A stretch of DNA of 37,731 nt. Origin: an uncultured Ruminococcus sp. (GTDB lineage: Bacteria > Bacillota > Clostridia > Oscillospirales > Ruminococcaceae). The stretch lies in contig CAMWHN010000001.1 of the NCBI GenBank assembly GCA_947174085.1, forward strand, positions 1 to 37,731, in the 5' to 3' direction. The notes under the pieces were generated by a model. It did not search any database and was not told where the DNA came from. It was given only the letters and a program-made list of their open reading frames with translations. Made by a program: the position numbers and the translations under genes. Positions 9,693-19,249 of this stretch are shown here, piece by piece. Numbering within the stretch: position 1 is the stretch's first letter; the number at the start of each line of letters is the position of its first letter.

Positions 9693-10918
9693 GCAATAAC
9701 CTCCTGTTCTTGTTCTGATTCTGAAGAAATCAAAATTAATTTTTTAATATTTCTATTTTTCGCATATTCCTGCGCTAACTCAAAATCTGTTGCTAAAAAA
9801 TGCTCTACACACAAGCCGGATTCACGCAATGCAATTGCTTTTTTCACAGCGATTGCTTCACAGCCGTTTTCAGCGACAATTAAAATATCTGGAGCTGTTA
9901 CTTTAGGTGTATATTTTTTGGCAATTACATTAGCAACAGCATCTACATTCACAGCCATTCCGACAGCCGGAATATCATAGCCAAATTCTGCTAATAATTT
10001 ATCATAACGCCCACCAGACAGCACTTCTTCTCCATAGCCCTCTAAATAGCCTTTAATTACAAGACCAGTATAATAATCTGTTTTATTGACTAATCCTAAA
10101 TCTACAATAATATTGCCATCTTGATTCATTTCACAAACCGTATGATATAATTCACGCATATTTTCAAGAATTTCCGCAATTCTAGCATCTTGGAAAATTT
10201 CCTCTGCTCTGTCAAATACTTCTTCACCGCCAAACAAAGTCGGCAGTTTTTTTAATGCATTTGTAATTTTATGTTCACCAATTTTATCTAGCACGTCATT
10301 CAAAGCAGGATAATTTTTGGCTTCAATTAAGCTTCTGATTTCTTCTTTTTGTGCCGGAGTTGCATTTAATCTATGCATTAATTCTCTGAAAATTCGCACG
10401 TCACCTAATTCCAGCGAATAATTCACAGAAAAATTCACATCTTCTGCAATATTTTCTCCCACAGAAGATAATACAGACAAAGCCATTGAAATGACTTCAA
10501 TATCTGCCATTTTAGAACCAGAGCCAATTAATTCAATACCTGTTTGATTAATTTCCGTGCTTTTGCCTTTAAGAGACGGTGCAAATTGATACACTGGCTG
10601 TGTATAATATAATCTTAACGGCAACATAGCTTCTTTTAGTCTTGTTGCGACAACTCTTGCAATTGGCACAGTAGAATCTGGACGCAAAACAACCAAACGT
10701 CCTTTATTATCTGTTAATTTACATAATTCTTCCTGTGGAAAATATCTTGAATTTAAATTATACACATCATAAAATTCTAAATTGGGCGTAATCAATCTGG
10801 AATAGCCCATAGATTTAAATAACTGACGTGTATTTGTTTCAACAATGCGTTTCAAAGCACATTCTTCAAACAAATAATCTTTTGTCCCCTCGGGAGTAAT
10901 TAAATCATATCTACGCAT
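9689..10918 (-). CDS. hisZ: ATP phosphoribosyltransferase regulatory subunit (HisRS paralogue)
   Basis: 409 aa. Class-II aaRS-like core (GTKDYL, RLYY..PVYQ, GGRYD) immediately upstream of short hisG, with a 4-nt overlap. Confidence 0.85.
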   Translation of the reverse strand: MRRYDLITPEGTKDYLFEECALKRIVETNTRQLFKSMGYSRLITPNLEFYDVYNLNSRYFPQEELCKLTDNKGRLVVLRPDSTVPIARVVATRLKEAMLPLRLYYTQPVYQFAPSLKGKSTEINQTGIELIGSGSKMADIEVISMALSVLSSVGENIAEDVNFSVNYSLELGDVRIFRELMHRLNATPAQKEEIRSLIEAKNYPALNDVLDKIGEHKITNALKKLPTLFGGEEVFDRAEEIFQDARIAEILENMRELYHTVCEMNQDGNIIVDLGLVNKTDYYTGLVIKGYLEGYGEEVLSGGRYDKLLAEFGYDIPAVGMAVNVDAVANVIAKKYTPKVTAPDILIVAENGCEAIAVKKAIALRESGLCVEHFLATDFELAQEYAKNRNIKKLILISSESEQEQEVIA

Positions 10919-10959
10919 ACATACCTCACTTTAACGTATTACTATATTATCATATTACT

Positions 10960-10988
10960 ATATTAACATAATTCTAATCACTTGTCAA
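10960..10988 (-). promoter_or_regulatory. predicted sigma-A promoter of the his operon
   Basis: Minus-strand TTGACA (10988-10983), 17-nt spacer, TGtTAATAT (-10 at 10965-10960). GAGG RBS lies before the hisZ ATG. Confidence 0.55.
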
Positions 10989-11064
10989 TATATCATAAAT
11001 TATTTTGTCAATATGCTAATAATTATCAAAAAAATAGTCATAATTATAGCAAAATTTTAGAATC

Positions 11065-14000
11065 TTAAAAAAATGACAATTGATTTGTTTTCGGCAAATC
11101 GCCAAATGCACCGATTTGTTCTAATAATTCAATTACAGTTTTTGATGCACCACTTAATTCTTGAAATTCTTCAATAGACAAGTAATTATTTTTTTGCGCT
11201 GTTTCATAAACATTATTCGCCATAGCGACACCGACACCGGCAAGTGCAGAAAATGGAATTCTAATTTTGCCATCTTCCAACAAATAATTATAAGCATGTG
11301 ATTTTTTAATATCTATCGGCAAAAATGAAAATCCTCTGGAAAGCATTTCATTTGTAATCATGAGAATATCTAATAAATCATTTTCTTTTTTTGTACAGGC
11401 ATTGCCTTTGGCTTGTAATTCTATAATTTTTTCTCGAACCGCTTCTTTTCCTTGAATTGCAAGTACAGCATCAAAATCATTGCCACGAACAGAAAAATAA
11501 GTCGCATAATATTCCAATGGCATATATAATTTAAACCAACCTAATTTCATAGCTGCGATTACATAAGCTGCCGCATGTGCCTTTGGAAACATGTATTTAA
11601 TTTTTAAACAGCTATCAATATACCAGTCTGGCACACCGTGATTTTTCAGCATTTGCACACGTTCCGGCGTAAAATTCGCAGGAGCTTTGCCCTTACGAGT
11701 AAATTCCATAATTTGAAACGCTTCTTTCGGCGGAACGCCTTTATAAAGCAAATATGTCATAATGCTATCTCTAGTTCCGATTACTTCTGAGATAGTACAA
11801 GTTTTATTTTCAATTAAGTCTTTGGCATTGCCAACCCAAACATCAGTACCATGAGACAAACCGGAAATTTGCAGAAAATCGCTAAATTTTTTAGGCTTAG
11901 CGTCTCTGAGCATTTGAATTGTAAAACCTGTACCCATTTCTGGAATGCCTAAACTTCCGGTTTCGCAGAAAATATCATTTTGAGTAACACCCAATACAGT
12001 ACAGTCTGTACACATTTGAATTACTTTCTCATCATATCCGGAAACATCATTAATTTTAATTCCTGTTAAATCTTCTAAATGCTTATATAGTGTAGGCACA
12101 ACATGTCCTAACTCATCTAATTTCAGAATCGTATCATGCAGAGAATTAAAATCAAAATGTGTTGTAATCAAATCAGAATCTGTTGCATCTGCGGGACGTT
12201 GCACGGGTGTAAAATCATAAACTTCATAATTTGATGGTACAACAACCATTCCCCCAGGGTGTTGCCCTGTTGTTCGCTTAACACCAGTACAGCCAATAGA
12301 TAATCTATTTTCTTCTGTTGCATTTAATTTTATATTCTGTTCTTCAAGATATTTTTTTACAAAGCCATATGCTGTTTTATCTGCAATTGTGCCGATAGTT
12401 CCGGCTTTGAACACATTTTCACGCCCGAATAATTCTTCCGTATAGCGATGTGCGCTAGATTGATATTCATTAGAGAAATTTAAATCAATATCCGGTGCTT
12501 TATCACCGTCAAATCCTAAAAACGTCTCAAACGGAATATCATGCCCATCTTGCAATAATCTTTCGCCACATTTTGGGCAATCTTTCGCCGGCAAGTCAAA
12601 CCCTGACCCATAGGAACCATCTTCAATAAATTCACTATATTTGCATTTTTTGCAAACATAATGCGGTACTAACGGATTTACTTCTGAAATTCCAGCCATA
12701 GACGCTACAAACGAAGACCCGACAGAACCTCTTGAACCGACATGATAGCCATGTTCTTCGGAATTATATACTAATTTCTGTGCAATCATGTATAATACAG
12801 AAAAACCGTGTTTAATAATAGAATTTAATTCACGATTTAATCTTTTTTCTACGATTTCAGGAAGCGGGTCACCATAAATTTCTTTTGCTTTTTGATTTGT
12901 AATTTTTACTAAATCCTCTTCTGCGCCGGGAATACTTGGCGTAAATGTCCCCTTTGGAATAGGGAACACATGTTCACAGGCATTTGTAATTTTACACGGA
13001 TTTGTAATCACAATTTCTTCTGCTTTTTCTTCGCCTAAATAAGCAAATTCTTTTAACATTTCGTCAGTGGTTCGCAAATATAACGGCGATTGTTCTTCAG
13101 CGTCAGAAAAGCCCTGTCCAGATAATAAAATTTTACGATAAATGCCGTCTTGTTCGTCCAGAAAATGCACATCACAAGTTGCTACAACAGGAATATTTAA
13201 TTTTCCACCTAAAGCAATAATTTTTCTATTATAATTTCTAAGCTGTTCTTCGTCATCAGCATTGCCTTGGCGAATCATAAATAAATTATTTGCAATCGGC
13301 TGAATTTCTAAATAATCATAAAATTTGGCTAATTTTTCAAGTTCCTCGTCAGATTTATTATTTAAAATAGCTTGAAACAATTCTCCTGCTTCACAGGCTG
13401 AACCAAAAATTAATCCGTCATGAAATTGATTTAATAACGACTTAGGAATTAACGGGTGTCTGTGAAAATAATCAATATGTCCATAAGACACAAGCCGATA
13501 TAAATTTTTTAATCCAACTTGATTGCGAACTAAAATAATCTGATGATAAGAATGCAATTTTTTAATTTCAATCGGGTTAATTTTTAAATTCCAGTCCTGT
13601 AAATTTTCAACCTGATTTTCACGGTGTGCTTTATCCGCAAGTGTAATATAAATTTTTGCTAACATTAAAGCATCTTCAGACGCTCTATGATGGTCAAATT
13701 TTCCTAATTTTAAATGCTTTGCGATAATATCCAGTTTATGTTTTGTAAGTTTCACAAGAAATCGCTTGACTAACATCAATGTATCTAGCCAACTATAAGC
13801 GAATTTAATATGATAACGCTTCAAAACACTGTCAATAAATCCAGTATCAAATTCGGCATTATGCGCACACAAAACGGGATTTTCACCACAAAATTCTATA
13901 AATTTTTTAACAGCTTCTTCTTCTTTTGGAGCGTGTGCAAGCATTCCATCAGAAATACCTGTTAAATTTGTAATTTTTTCAGAAATCTTTCTTTCAGGAT

Positions 14001-15393
14001 TCACAAACGTCTGAAACGTATCAATTACTTGCAAATTTTTTAATTTCACAGCACCAATTTCAGTTAATCTATCAGAATTTTTATTTAATCCTGTTGTTTC
14101 CACATCAAAAATAATAATTTCATCATGAATACTTCTGTTATCATCACCATGTATAATATCATTTGGTTCTAAATCATTTACAACATAGGCTTCACAGCCA
14201 TAAATTACTTTAAAATTAGGGTCTTTCAAATTTCTTTCTGCAATTGCCGCATCTGGAAACGCTTGCACAACACCATGGTCTGTAATAGCAATAGCAGAAT
14301 GTCCCCAATCATGCGCCCTGCGAATTAAAGCACTTGGGTCTGATACAGCGTCCATAGCTGACATATTTGTATGACAATGCAATTCCACACGCTTTTTTTG
14401 GGCATTATCTTGTCTTAATTTTCTTTTGCGAATCAAAATAGAATCTGGTATTAAAATTGGCTCATGTGCAAACTCATCATCTTTTATTTTTCCAGCAACC
14501 AAAATACTAACACCTTTTTTTAATTCCTGTAAAGGCAATTTATTTAATTTTTCAATATTATCAAATAATTTTACCAGAATAGAGCCAGAAAAATCTGTAA
14601 TTTGATATTTTATAACCCGTCTGTTACCTTTTACATCACGGGTTTCTGTTGCAAAAATATCTCCATAGACTACAACACGTTCGTTTCTAGTCTGTAATGC
14701 TTCTGGGATAGAAATCGGATTTTCATTAACTTTTCTGCCTTTAATTAATATATCTTCTCCTTTGACAGCATCTAATTGCACTGTATTCATAGAAACAGAT
14801 TGCGGTGTATCTGGAATTGCCGGCGCAGAATAAGCTTGTTGTTCTGACGGCACAGGTGTTACAGTAATATATTCTGGAGGATATTCTGCAATTGTTTTTT
14901 CTAACTGTTCTTCTGAAATAGAATCTTCTCCATCAAGAAAGACTGTAATTTTTTTATTAAAATGCGTTTCTACAAATTTTTCAAATTCTGTTCTGAATTT
15001 AAATTTTTCCAGAATAAAATATCCGCCTGTATGTAATTTAATTTTAATACTATCTTCCTGAAAATCTAAATCTGCATGATTTAAAAAGCCATTAATAATT
15101 GGCAATTCTCGTTTTAACATTTCAATTACAACAGGATAACTTTTTTCTGTAAATAATTCAGCATCATATCTACAGTCTAATCTAAATTTTTGAATTTTTA
15201 ACGCAAGGCTTGTGACCTGTTCAAATTTTAAAATATCTTCAAACGGCACAACACTTGTAAATTTTGCAACAAAAATTACTTCTTGAAAATTTTTTGCATT
15301 ATATAAAATATTTTCAATTACACCCTGTTGTATCGAAACAGGAATATCTGTTGTATATTGCCTTAAAAATTCCAAAATAGTTGCATGTTTCAT
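11065..15393 (-). CDS. polC: DNA polymerase III alpha subunit, PolC type
   Basis: 1442 aa. PHP motif ELHCHTNMS, inserted 3'-5' exonuclease (IIFDVETTGL ... HRASEDA), Zn-finger CKKC...CPKC and polymerase core. Confidence 0.98.
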   Translation of the reverse strand: MKHATILEFLRQYTTDIPVSIQQGVIENILYNAKNFQEVIFVAKFTSVVPFEDILKFEQVTSLALKIQKFRLDCRYDAELFTEKSYPVVIEMLKRELPIINGFLNHADLDFQEDSIKIKLHTGGYFILEKFKFRTEFEKFVETHFNKKITVFLDGEDSISEEQLEKTIAEYPPEYITVTPVPSEQQAYSAPAIPDTPQSVSMNTVQLDAVKGEDILIKGRKVNENPISIPEALQTRNERVVVYGDIFATETRDVKGNRRVIKYQITDFSGSILVKLFDNIEKLNKLPLQELKKGVSILVAGKIKDDEFAHEPILIPDSILIRKRKLRQDNAQKKRVELHCHTNMSAMDAVSDPSALIRRAHDWGHSAIAITDHGVVQAFPDAAIAERNLKDPNFKVIYGCEAYVVNDLEPNDIIHGDDNRSIHDEIIIFDVETTGLNKNSDRLTEIGAVKLKNLQVIDTFQTFVNPERKISEKITNLTGISDGMLAHAPKEEEAVKKFIEFCGENPVLCAHNAEFDTGFIDSVLKRYHIKFAYSWLDTLMLVKRFLVKLTKHKLDIIAKHLKLGKFDHHRASEDALMLAKIYITLADKAHRENQVENLQDWNLKINPIEIKKLHSYHQIILVRNQVGLKNLYRLVSYGHIDYFHRHPLIPKSLLNQFHDGLIFGSACEAGELFQAILNNKSDEELEKLAKFYDYLEIQPIANNLFMIRQGNADDEEQLRNYNRKIIALGGKLNIPVVATCDVHFLDEQDGIYRKILLSGQGFSDAEEQSPLYLRTTDEMLKEFAYLGEEKAEEIVITNPCKITNACEHVFPIPKGTFTPSIPGAEEDLVKITNQKAKEIYGDPLPEIVEKRLNRELNSIIKHGFSVLYMIAQKLVYNSEEHGYHVGSRGSVGSSFVASMAGISEVNPLVPHYVCKKCKYSEFIEDGSYGSGFDLPAKDCPKCGERLLQDGHDIPFETFLGFDGDKAPDIDLNFSNEYQSSAHRYTEELFGRENVFKAGTIGTIADKTAYGFVKKYLEEQNIKLNATEENRLSIGCTGVKRTTGQHPGGMVVVPSNYEVYDFTPVQRPADATDSDLITTHFDFNSLHDTILKLDELGHVVPTLYKHLEDLTGIKINDVSGYDEKVIQMCTDCTVLGVTQNDIFCETGSLGIPEMGTGFTIQMLRDAKPKKFSDFLQISGLSHGTDVWVGNAKDLIENKTCTISEVIGTRDSIMTYLLYKGVPPKEAFQIMEFTRKGKAPANFTPERVQMLKNHGVPDWYIDSCLKIKYMFPKAHAAAYVIAAMKLGWFKLYMPLEYYATYFSVRGNDFDAVLAIQGKEAVREKIIELQAKGNACTKKENDLLDILMITNEMLSRGFSFLPIDIKKSHAYNYLLEDGKIRIPFSALAGVGVAMANNVYETAQKNNYLSIEEFQELSGASKTVIELLEQIGAFGDLPKTNQLSFF

Positions 15394-15423
15394 AAAACCA
15401 CCCCTATATCAAAATTATAATTT

Positions 15424-16464
15424 TCAAAGCTGTTCCAATTCATCTAACAATGCCGGAACAATTTCATTTTCAGGTACACGTTTTAAAATTTCACCATGTT
15501 TAAATAATAAGCCAATACCATTACCACCAGCAACACCAATATCAGCTTCTCTTGCTTCTCCAGGACCATTCACAATACAGCCCATGACAGCAATTTTAAT
15601 ATTTTTATCTAAATTTTCCACAGCTTTTTCTATTTGATTCGCAAGTGAAATTAAATCTATTTGTGTTCTGCCACAAGTTGGACAAGCGACAATTTGTATC
15701 CCCTCACGTTTATCAATGCTTTTTAAAATATCTTTTCCGGCTTTAATTTCTTTCATTGGATTATCTGTCAAAGAAACTCGAATTGTTTCGCCGATATTAT
15801 CATGTAATAATGCACCAATGCCAATTGCAGATTTTATTAAACCCATACGTTCTGTGCCGGCTTCTGTCACACCTAAATGCAACGGATAAGCACATTTTTG
15901 ACTGGCCAGCCTATAACTATCAATCATGCGATTCACATCAGAAGATTTTATAGATATTACAATATCATCAAAATCAAATTTTTCCAGCATAGCCACATGA
16001 TACAAAGCACTTTCTACTAAAGCTTCCGGCGTAGGAGAACCATATTTGGCAAGAATTTCTTTCTCCAGTGAACCAGAATTAACACCAATTCTAATTGGAA
16101 TCTGTTTTGCTTTACAAGCTTGTGCAACTTGTTTCACTCTATCCATACTGCCAATATTCCCCGGATTAATTCTAATTTTATCCACGCCGGCAGAAACGCA
16201 TTCTAATGCAATTTTATAATCAAAATGAATATCTGCCACTAACGGAATATTAATTTTTTCTTTAATTGCAGGAATTAATTTCACAGCTTCTAAATTTGGC
16301 ACAGCAGTTCTAATAATTTCACAACCTGCCTGTTCTAAAGCAATTGCTTGTTTGACATTCCCATCAATATCCTGCGCCGGAATATTTAACATAGACTGTA
16401 TATAAATTTTTTCGCCATTTAATATACAATTTCCGACTTTAACAGGCTTGATAATTCTAGCCAT
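15424..16464 (-). CDS. ispG: 4-hydroxy-3-methylbut-2-enyl diphosphate synthase
   Basis: MARIIKPVKVG... with Fe-S Cys motif ACPTCGRT and GCIVNGPGE. I prefer ATG 16464, with GGAG 9 nt upstream. The TTG at 16479 in the ORF track overlaps that RBS. Confidence 0.93.
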   Translation of the reverse strand: MARIIKPVKVGNCILNGEKIYIQSMLNIPAQDIDGNVKQAIALEQAGCEIIRTAVPNLEAVKLIPAIKEKINIPLVADIHFDYKIALECVSAGVDKIRINPGNIGSMDRVKQVAQACKAKQIPIRIGVNSGSLEKEILAKYGSPTPEALVESALYHVAMLEKFDFDDIVISIKSSDVNRMIDSYRLASQKCAYPLHLGVTEAGTERMGLIKSAIGIGALLHDNIGETIRVSLTDNPMKEIKAGKDILKSIDKREGIQIVACPTCGRTQIDLISLANQIEKAVENLDKNIKIAVMGCIVNGPGEAREADIGVAGGNGIGLLFKHGEILKRVPENEIVPALLDELEQL

Positions 16465-16506
16465 AAACCACAACTCCAATCTAATTTAATATAATTTAAA
16501 ACAATT

Positions 16507-16527
16507 GCCGGAGGAGTCAGCTCCGGC
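16507..16527 (-). terminator. GC-rich stem-loop between rseP and ispG (possible internal terminator or attenuator)
   Basis: GCCGGAG (16507-16513) pairs with CTCCGGC (16521-16527). On the minus strand it is followed by AATTGTTTTAAATT. It sits 8 nt after the rseP stop. Confidence 0.45.
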
Positions 16528-16534
16528 ATGATAA

Positions 16535-17581
16535 TTAATTTACTAATTTAAAAATATCCTGACATGTCACAGCAATCATTAATAAAAACATAACAGCCAT
16601 GCCAATAAAATGCACCATGCCTTCACGTTCTGGGCTAATCGGCTTTCTTCTGATTGCCTCTAATAATAAAAATAAAAATCTCGCACCGTCCAAAGCCGGA
16701 ATCGGTAATAAATTAAAAATTCCAACATTGACTGTAATAAAAGACGCAAGTGACAATACCGAAGTCAGACTTTGCTTAAAATTCTCACCAGAATTTGCAG
16801 CTTCTCCAATCGTTTCAATAATACCCACTGGACCAGATAAATCATGAAAACCATATTTTCCTGTGACTAAATCTTTGAGTGATGTCCAAATAAGACGACC
16901 AGTTGAAATTGTATCTAAAAAGCTATATTCTATGACATTCAAGAAATTTAAATTCTGTGCCTGTACTTTGAAATCAAATCTTCCCTGCGTTTGCGTATTA
17001 TAAAATTTAATATTATCCAGCTTAATTTTTTTGCCATTACGCAAAACAACTAAATCCATAGTATCAGACTCTGTATTTTGCAATTTATAAGACAAATCCG
17101 TATCTGTTAAAATTCGCATACCGTCCATAGAAATAATTTTATCGCCGATTTGCAAACCACATGCTTCACTAGTTGAATAAGAAACACCAGTTTCAGTATC
17201 TTTTGGAAAATCTGCAACTTCTAGTGTAATAATATCCCCATATAACAACGTTGTGCAAATAATTAATAAAAATCCAAGAATTAAATTCATAACAGCTCCG
17301 GCAAGAACAACTAACATTCTTTGCCAAACAGGTTTATTATGAAAAGAATTTTTATCATCGCTTTGACTGTCTTCACCTTCCATGGCACAGAATCCACCAA
17401 TTGGCAATAATCTTAGAGAATACTCTGTTTCTTTGCCTTGTTTTTTTAAAATCACAGGACCCATGCCAATCGCAAATTTATTAACTTTAATTTTACAAAG
17501 CTTTGCCATGGCAAAATGTCCAAATTCATGAATTGCAATAATAACACCAAATACAAGCATTGCTGTAATAATTGTTATCAT
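16535..17581 (-). CDS. rseP: RIP (site-2) zinc metalloprotease
   Basis: 348 aa. HEFGHF zinc motif in TM1, a central PDZ-like segment, and NLLPIPALDG. Confidence 0.92.
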   Translation of the reverse strand: MITIITAMLVFGVIIAIHEFGHFAMAKLCKIKVNKFAIGMGPVILKKQGKETEYSLRLLPIGGFCAMEGEDSQSDDKNSFHNKPVWQRMLVVLAGAVMNLILGFLLIICTTLLYGDIITLEVADFPKDTETGVSYSTSEACGLQIGDKIISMDGMRILTDTDLSYKLQNTESDTMDLVVLRNGKKIKLDNIKFYNTQTQGRFDFKVQAQNLNFLNVIEYSFLDTISTGRLIWTSLKDLVTGKYGFHDLSGPVGIIETIGEAANSGENFKQSLTSVLSLASFITVNVGIFNLLPIPALDGARFLFLLLEAIRRKPISPEREGMVHFIGMAVMFLLMIAVTCQDIFKLVN

Positions 17582-17604
17582 TAATTAGCCCCTTTCAAGA
17601 AATA

Positions 17605-18756
17605 TCAGCAATCATTTTTAATTTTTTCCCGAACAAATGCTCTTGCTTGTGAATCTGCCTGTAAAATATCTTCATAATCATGAATTTCGCCATTAGGAAT
17701 ACTCTGCATTGCAGATTGTACTAATTCACCAATTTGTAAAAATTTAATCTCATCACGCAAGAAATAAGCAACTGCTTCCTCATTTGCGCCGTTGACAATA
17801 GCCGGCAACAAACCACCAGTTTTAATTGCCTGAATTGCCGAACTTAAGCAAACAAACGTCTCATAATCCGGCTTTTCAAAACTTAATATTCCACAATCCG
17901 TGAGAGATAAAGGCTTTGTCGGACAAGATTTGCGTTCTGGATATAATAACGCATACTGAATCGGAATTTTCATATCGGGTACGCCCATTTGTCCAATCAC
18001 AGCAAAATCTTCAAATTCTACAGCTGAATGCAAAATACTTTGTCTATGCACAACAATTTCTATCTGGTCTGGTTCTAAATCAAACAGCCATTTTGCTTCA
18101 ATAAATTCAAGTCCTTTATTCATCAGCGTAGCCGAATCAATTGTAATTTTATTCCCCATATTCCAGTTAGGGTGTTTTAACGCATCTTTTGCAGTTACAT
18201 TCACAAGCTCTGCTTTTTTCTTGCCAAAAAAAGGACCTCCAGACGCTGTTAAAATCATTTTTCTGATTTTATTATTTTCATTGCCTTGCAAGCACTGAAA
18301 CACAGCCGAATGTTCACTATCCACAGGATAAATTTTGACATTTTTTTCACGAGCTTGTTTCATGACAAGCGCACCACCGGCAACAAGTGTTTCTTTATTG
18401 GCAAGTGCAATATCTATACCCGAATCAATTGCTTTCAGAGTCGGCAACAAACCAACCATGCCCACCACGCTATTTAATAAAATATCATTATTTTTATCAG
18501 AAGCAATTTGACATAAGCCTTGCATACCTGTTAAAATTTCAATTTTTTCACCAGATAATAAATTTTTTAATTTATCGGCATAGTTTTCTTGATAAATACA
18601 AACACAATTTGGCTTGTATTTTTTTGCTTGTTCGGCGAGTTTTTCTACTTGGGAATAGGCTGACAATGCTGTAATTTTTAAATTATGCTTTTCAGCAACT
18701 TCTAAAGCCTGTGTGCCAATCGACCCCGTAGAACCTAAAATAGCTACTTTTTTCAT
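17605..18756 (-). CDS. dxr: 1-deoxy-D-xylulose 5-phosphate reductoisomerase
   Basis: 383 aa. ILGSTGSIGTQ NADPH loop, LANKE, DSEHSA, and NKGLE. Confidence 0.96.
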   Translation of the reverse strand: MKKVAILGSTGSIGTQALEVAEKHNLKITALSAYSQVEKLAEQAKKYKPNCVCIYQENYADKLKNLLSGEKIEILTGMQGLCQIASDKNNDILLNSVVGMVGLLPTLKAIDSGIDIALANKETLVAGGALVMKQAREKNVKIYPVDSEHSAVFQCLQGNENNKIRKMILTASGGPFFGKKKAELVNVTAKDALKHPNWNMGNKITIDSATLMNKGLEFIEAKWLFDLEPDQIEIVVHRQSILHSAVEFEDFAVIGQMGVPDMKIPIQYALLYPERKSCPTKPLSLTDCGILSFEKPDYETFVCLSSAIQAIKTGGLLPAIVNGANEEAVAYFLRDEIKFLQIGELVQSAMQSIPNGEIHDYEDILQADSQARAFVREKIKNDC

Positions 18757-18826
18757 GCGAAAACCTCTCTATTAATTCAATAAACCCATCTCCAGACAGA
18801 CAGGTTTATTGAAATTTCATCAATAG

Positions 18827-18885
18827 GCGGCAGGATACCCCGACTTCTTAGGTCGTGGAGGAATGCCGCTTCCTCCTTTCTTGTT
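18827..18885 (+). terminator. two mutually exclusive hairpins; the 3' one looks like a + strand intrinsic terminator
   Basis: GCGGCA (18827-18832) pairs with TGCCGC (18864-18869), with inner CGAC/GTCG. The alternative is GGAGGAA (18857-18863) pairing with TTCCTCC (18870-18876), followed by TTTCTTGTT. Only the + strand has the T-tail. Confidence 0.4.
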
Positions 18886-18912
18886 GACAAAATAAAAATA
18901 ATATGATATACT
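18884..18912 (+). promoter_or_regulatory. near-consensus sigma-A promoter facing antisense to the cdsA-dxr operon
   Basis: TTGACA (18884-18889), exact 17-nt spacer, extended -10 TGaTATACT (18904-18912). Confidence 0.6.
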
Positions 18913-18918
18913 GTAGTT

Positions 18919-19249
18919 AGACATTATTGTGAGAAAACTGTTACAGACAAAAAAGGCACTCACAGGCATCTTGACAAGTTAAGATAGCAGGTTTTACTGT
19001 CTAATCGTACAGTATGTAAAATCTTAAGCGTAACAACAAACATCTTACTGTAAGGCTGGGAATTAGCAGTACCGCTTACAGTTGTATAGGAGTATATCTT
19101 GTATACAAGGGGCGTTGTCAGCCGTCCCACGATGTCACGTCAGTTCGCTGTACAGTGTTCTAAAAAGGTAGGAGATTGCAAAATCGTCCGCACTACCGGA
19201 TAGTGACAAGCCCCCACTTCTTAGCGAACGAAGTGAGCGTAAGTGGGGG
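18919..19249 (+). ncRNA. candidate structured non-coding RNA of unknown family (about 330 nt)
   Basis: No ORF of 60 aa or more on any frame. G+C is 47-50% over 19081-19260, against 17% in the 22261-22320 spacer (hand counts). Stacked local helices include loops with GNRA (GCAA) and UUCG sequences (on 3-4-bp stems), plus a 9-bp GC stem at the 3' end. G-T wobbles are compatible only with the + strand. See findings. Confidence 0.5.

Noticed and set aside
19132-19203. 23-codon ATG ORF (MSRQFAVQCSKKVGDCKIVRTTG) inside the cdsA-dxr insert
   Set aside because: There is no Shine-Dalgarno sequence upstream (tcagccgtcccacg). It lies within predicted helices and shows no hydrophobic or toxin-like character. 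A non-coding reading is preferred, although a micropeptide cannot be excluded.
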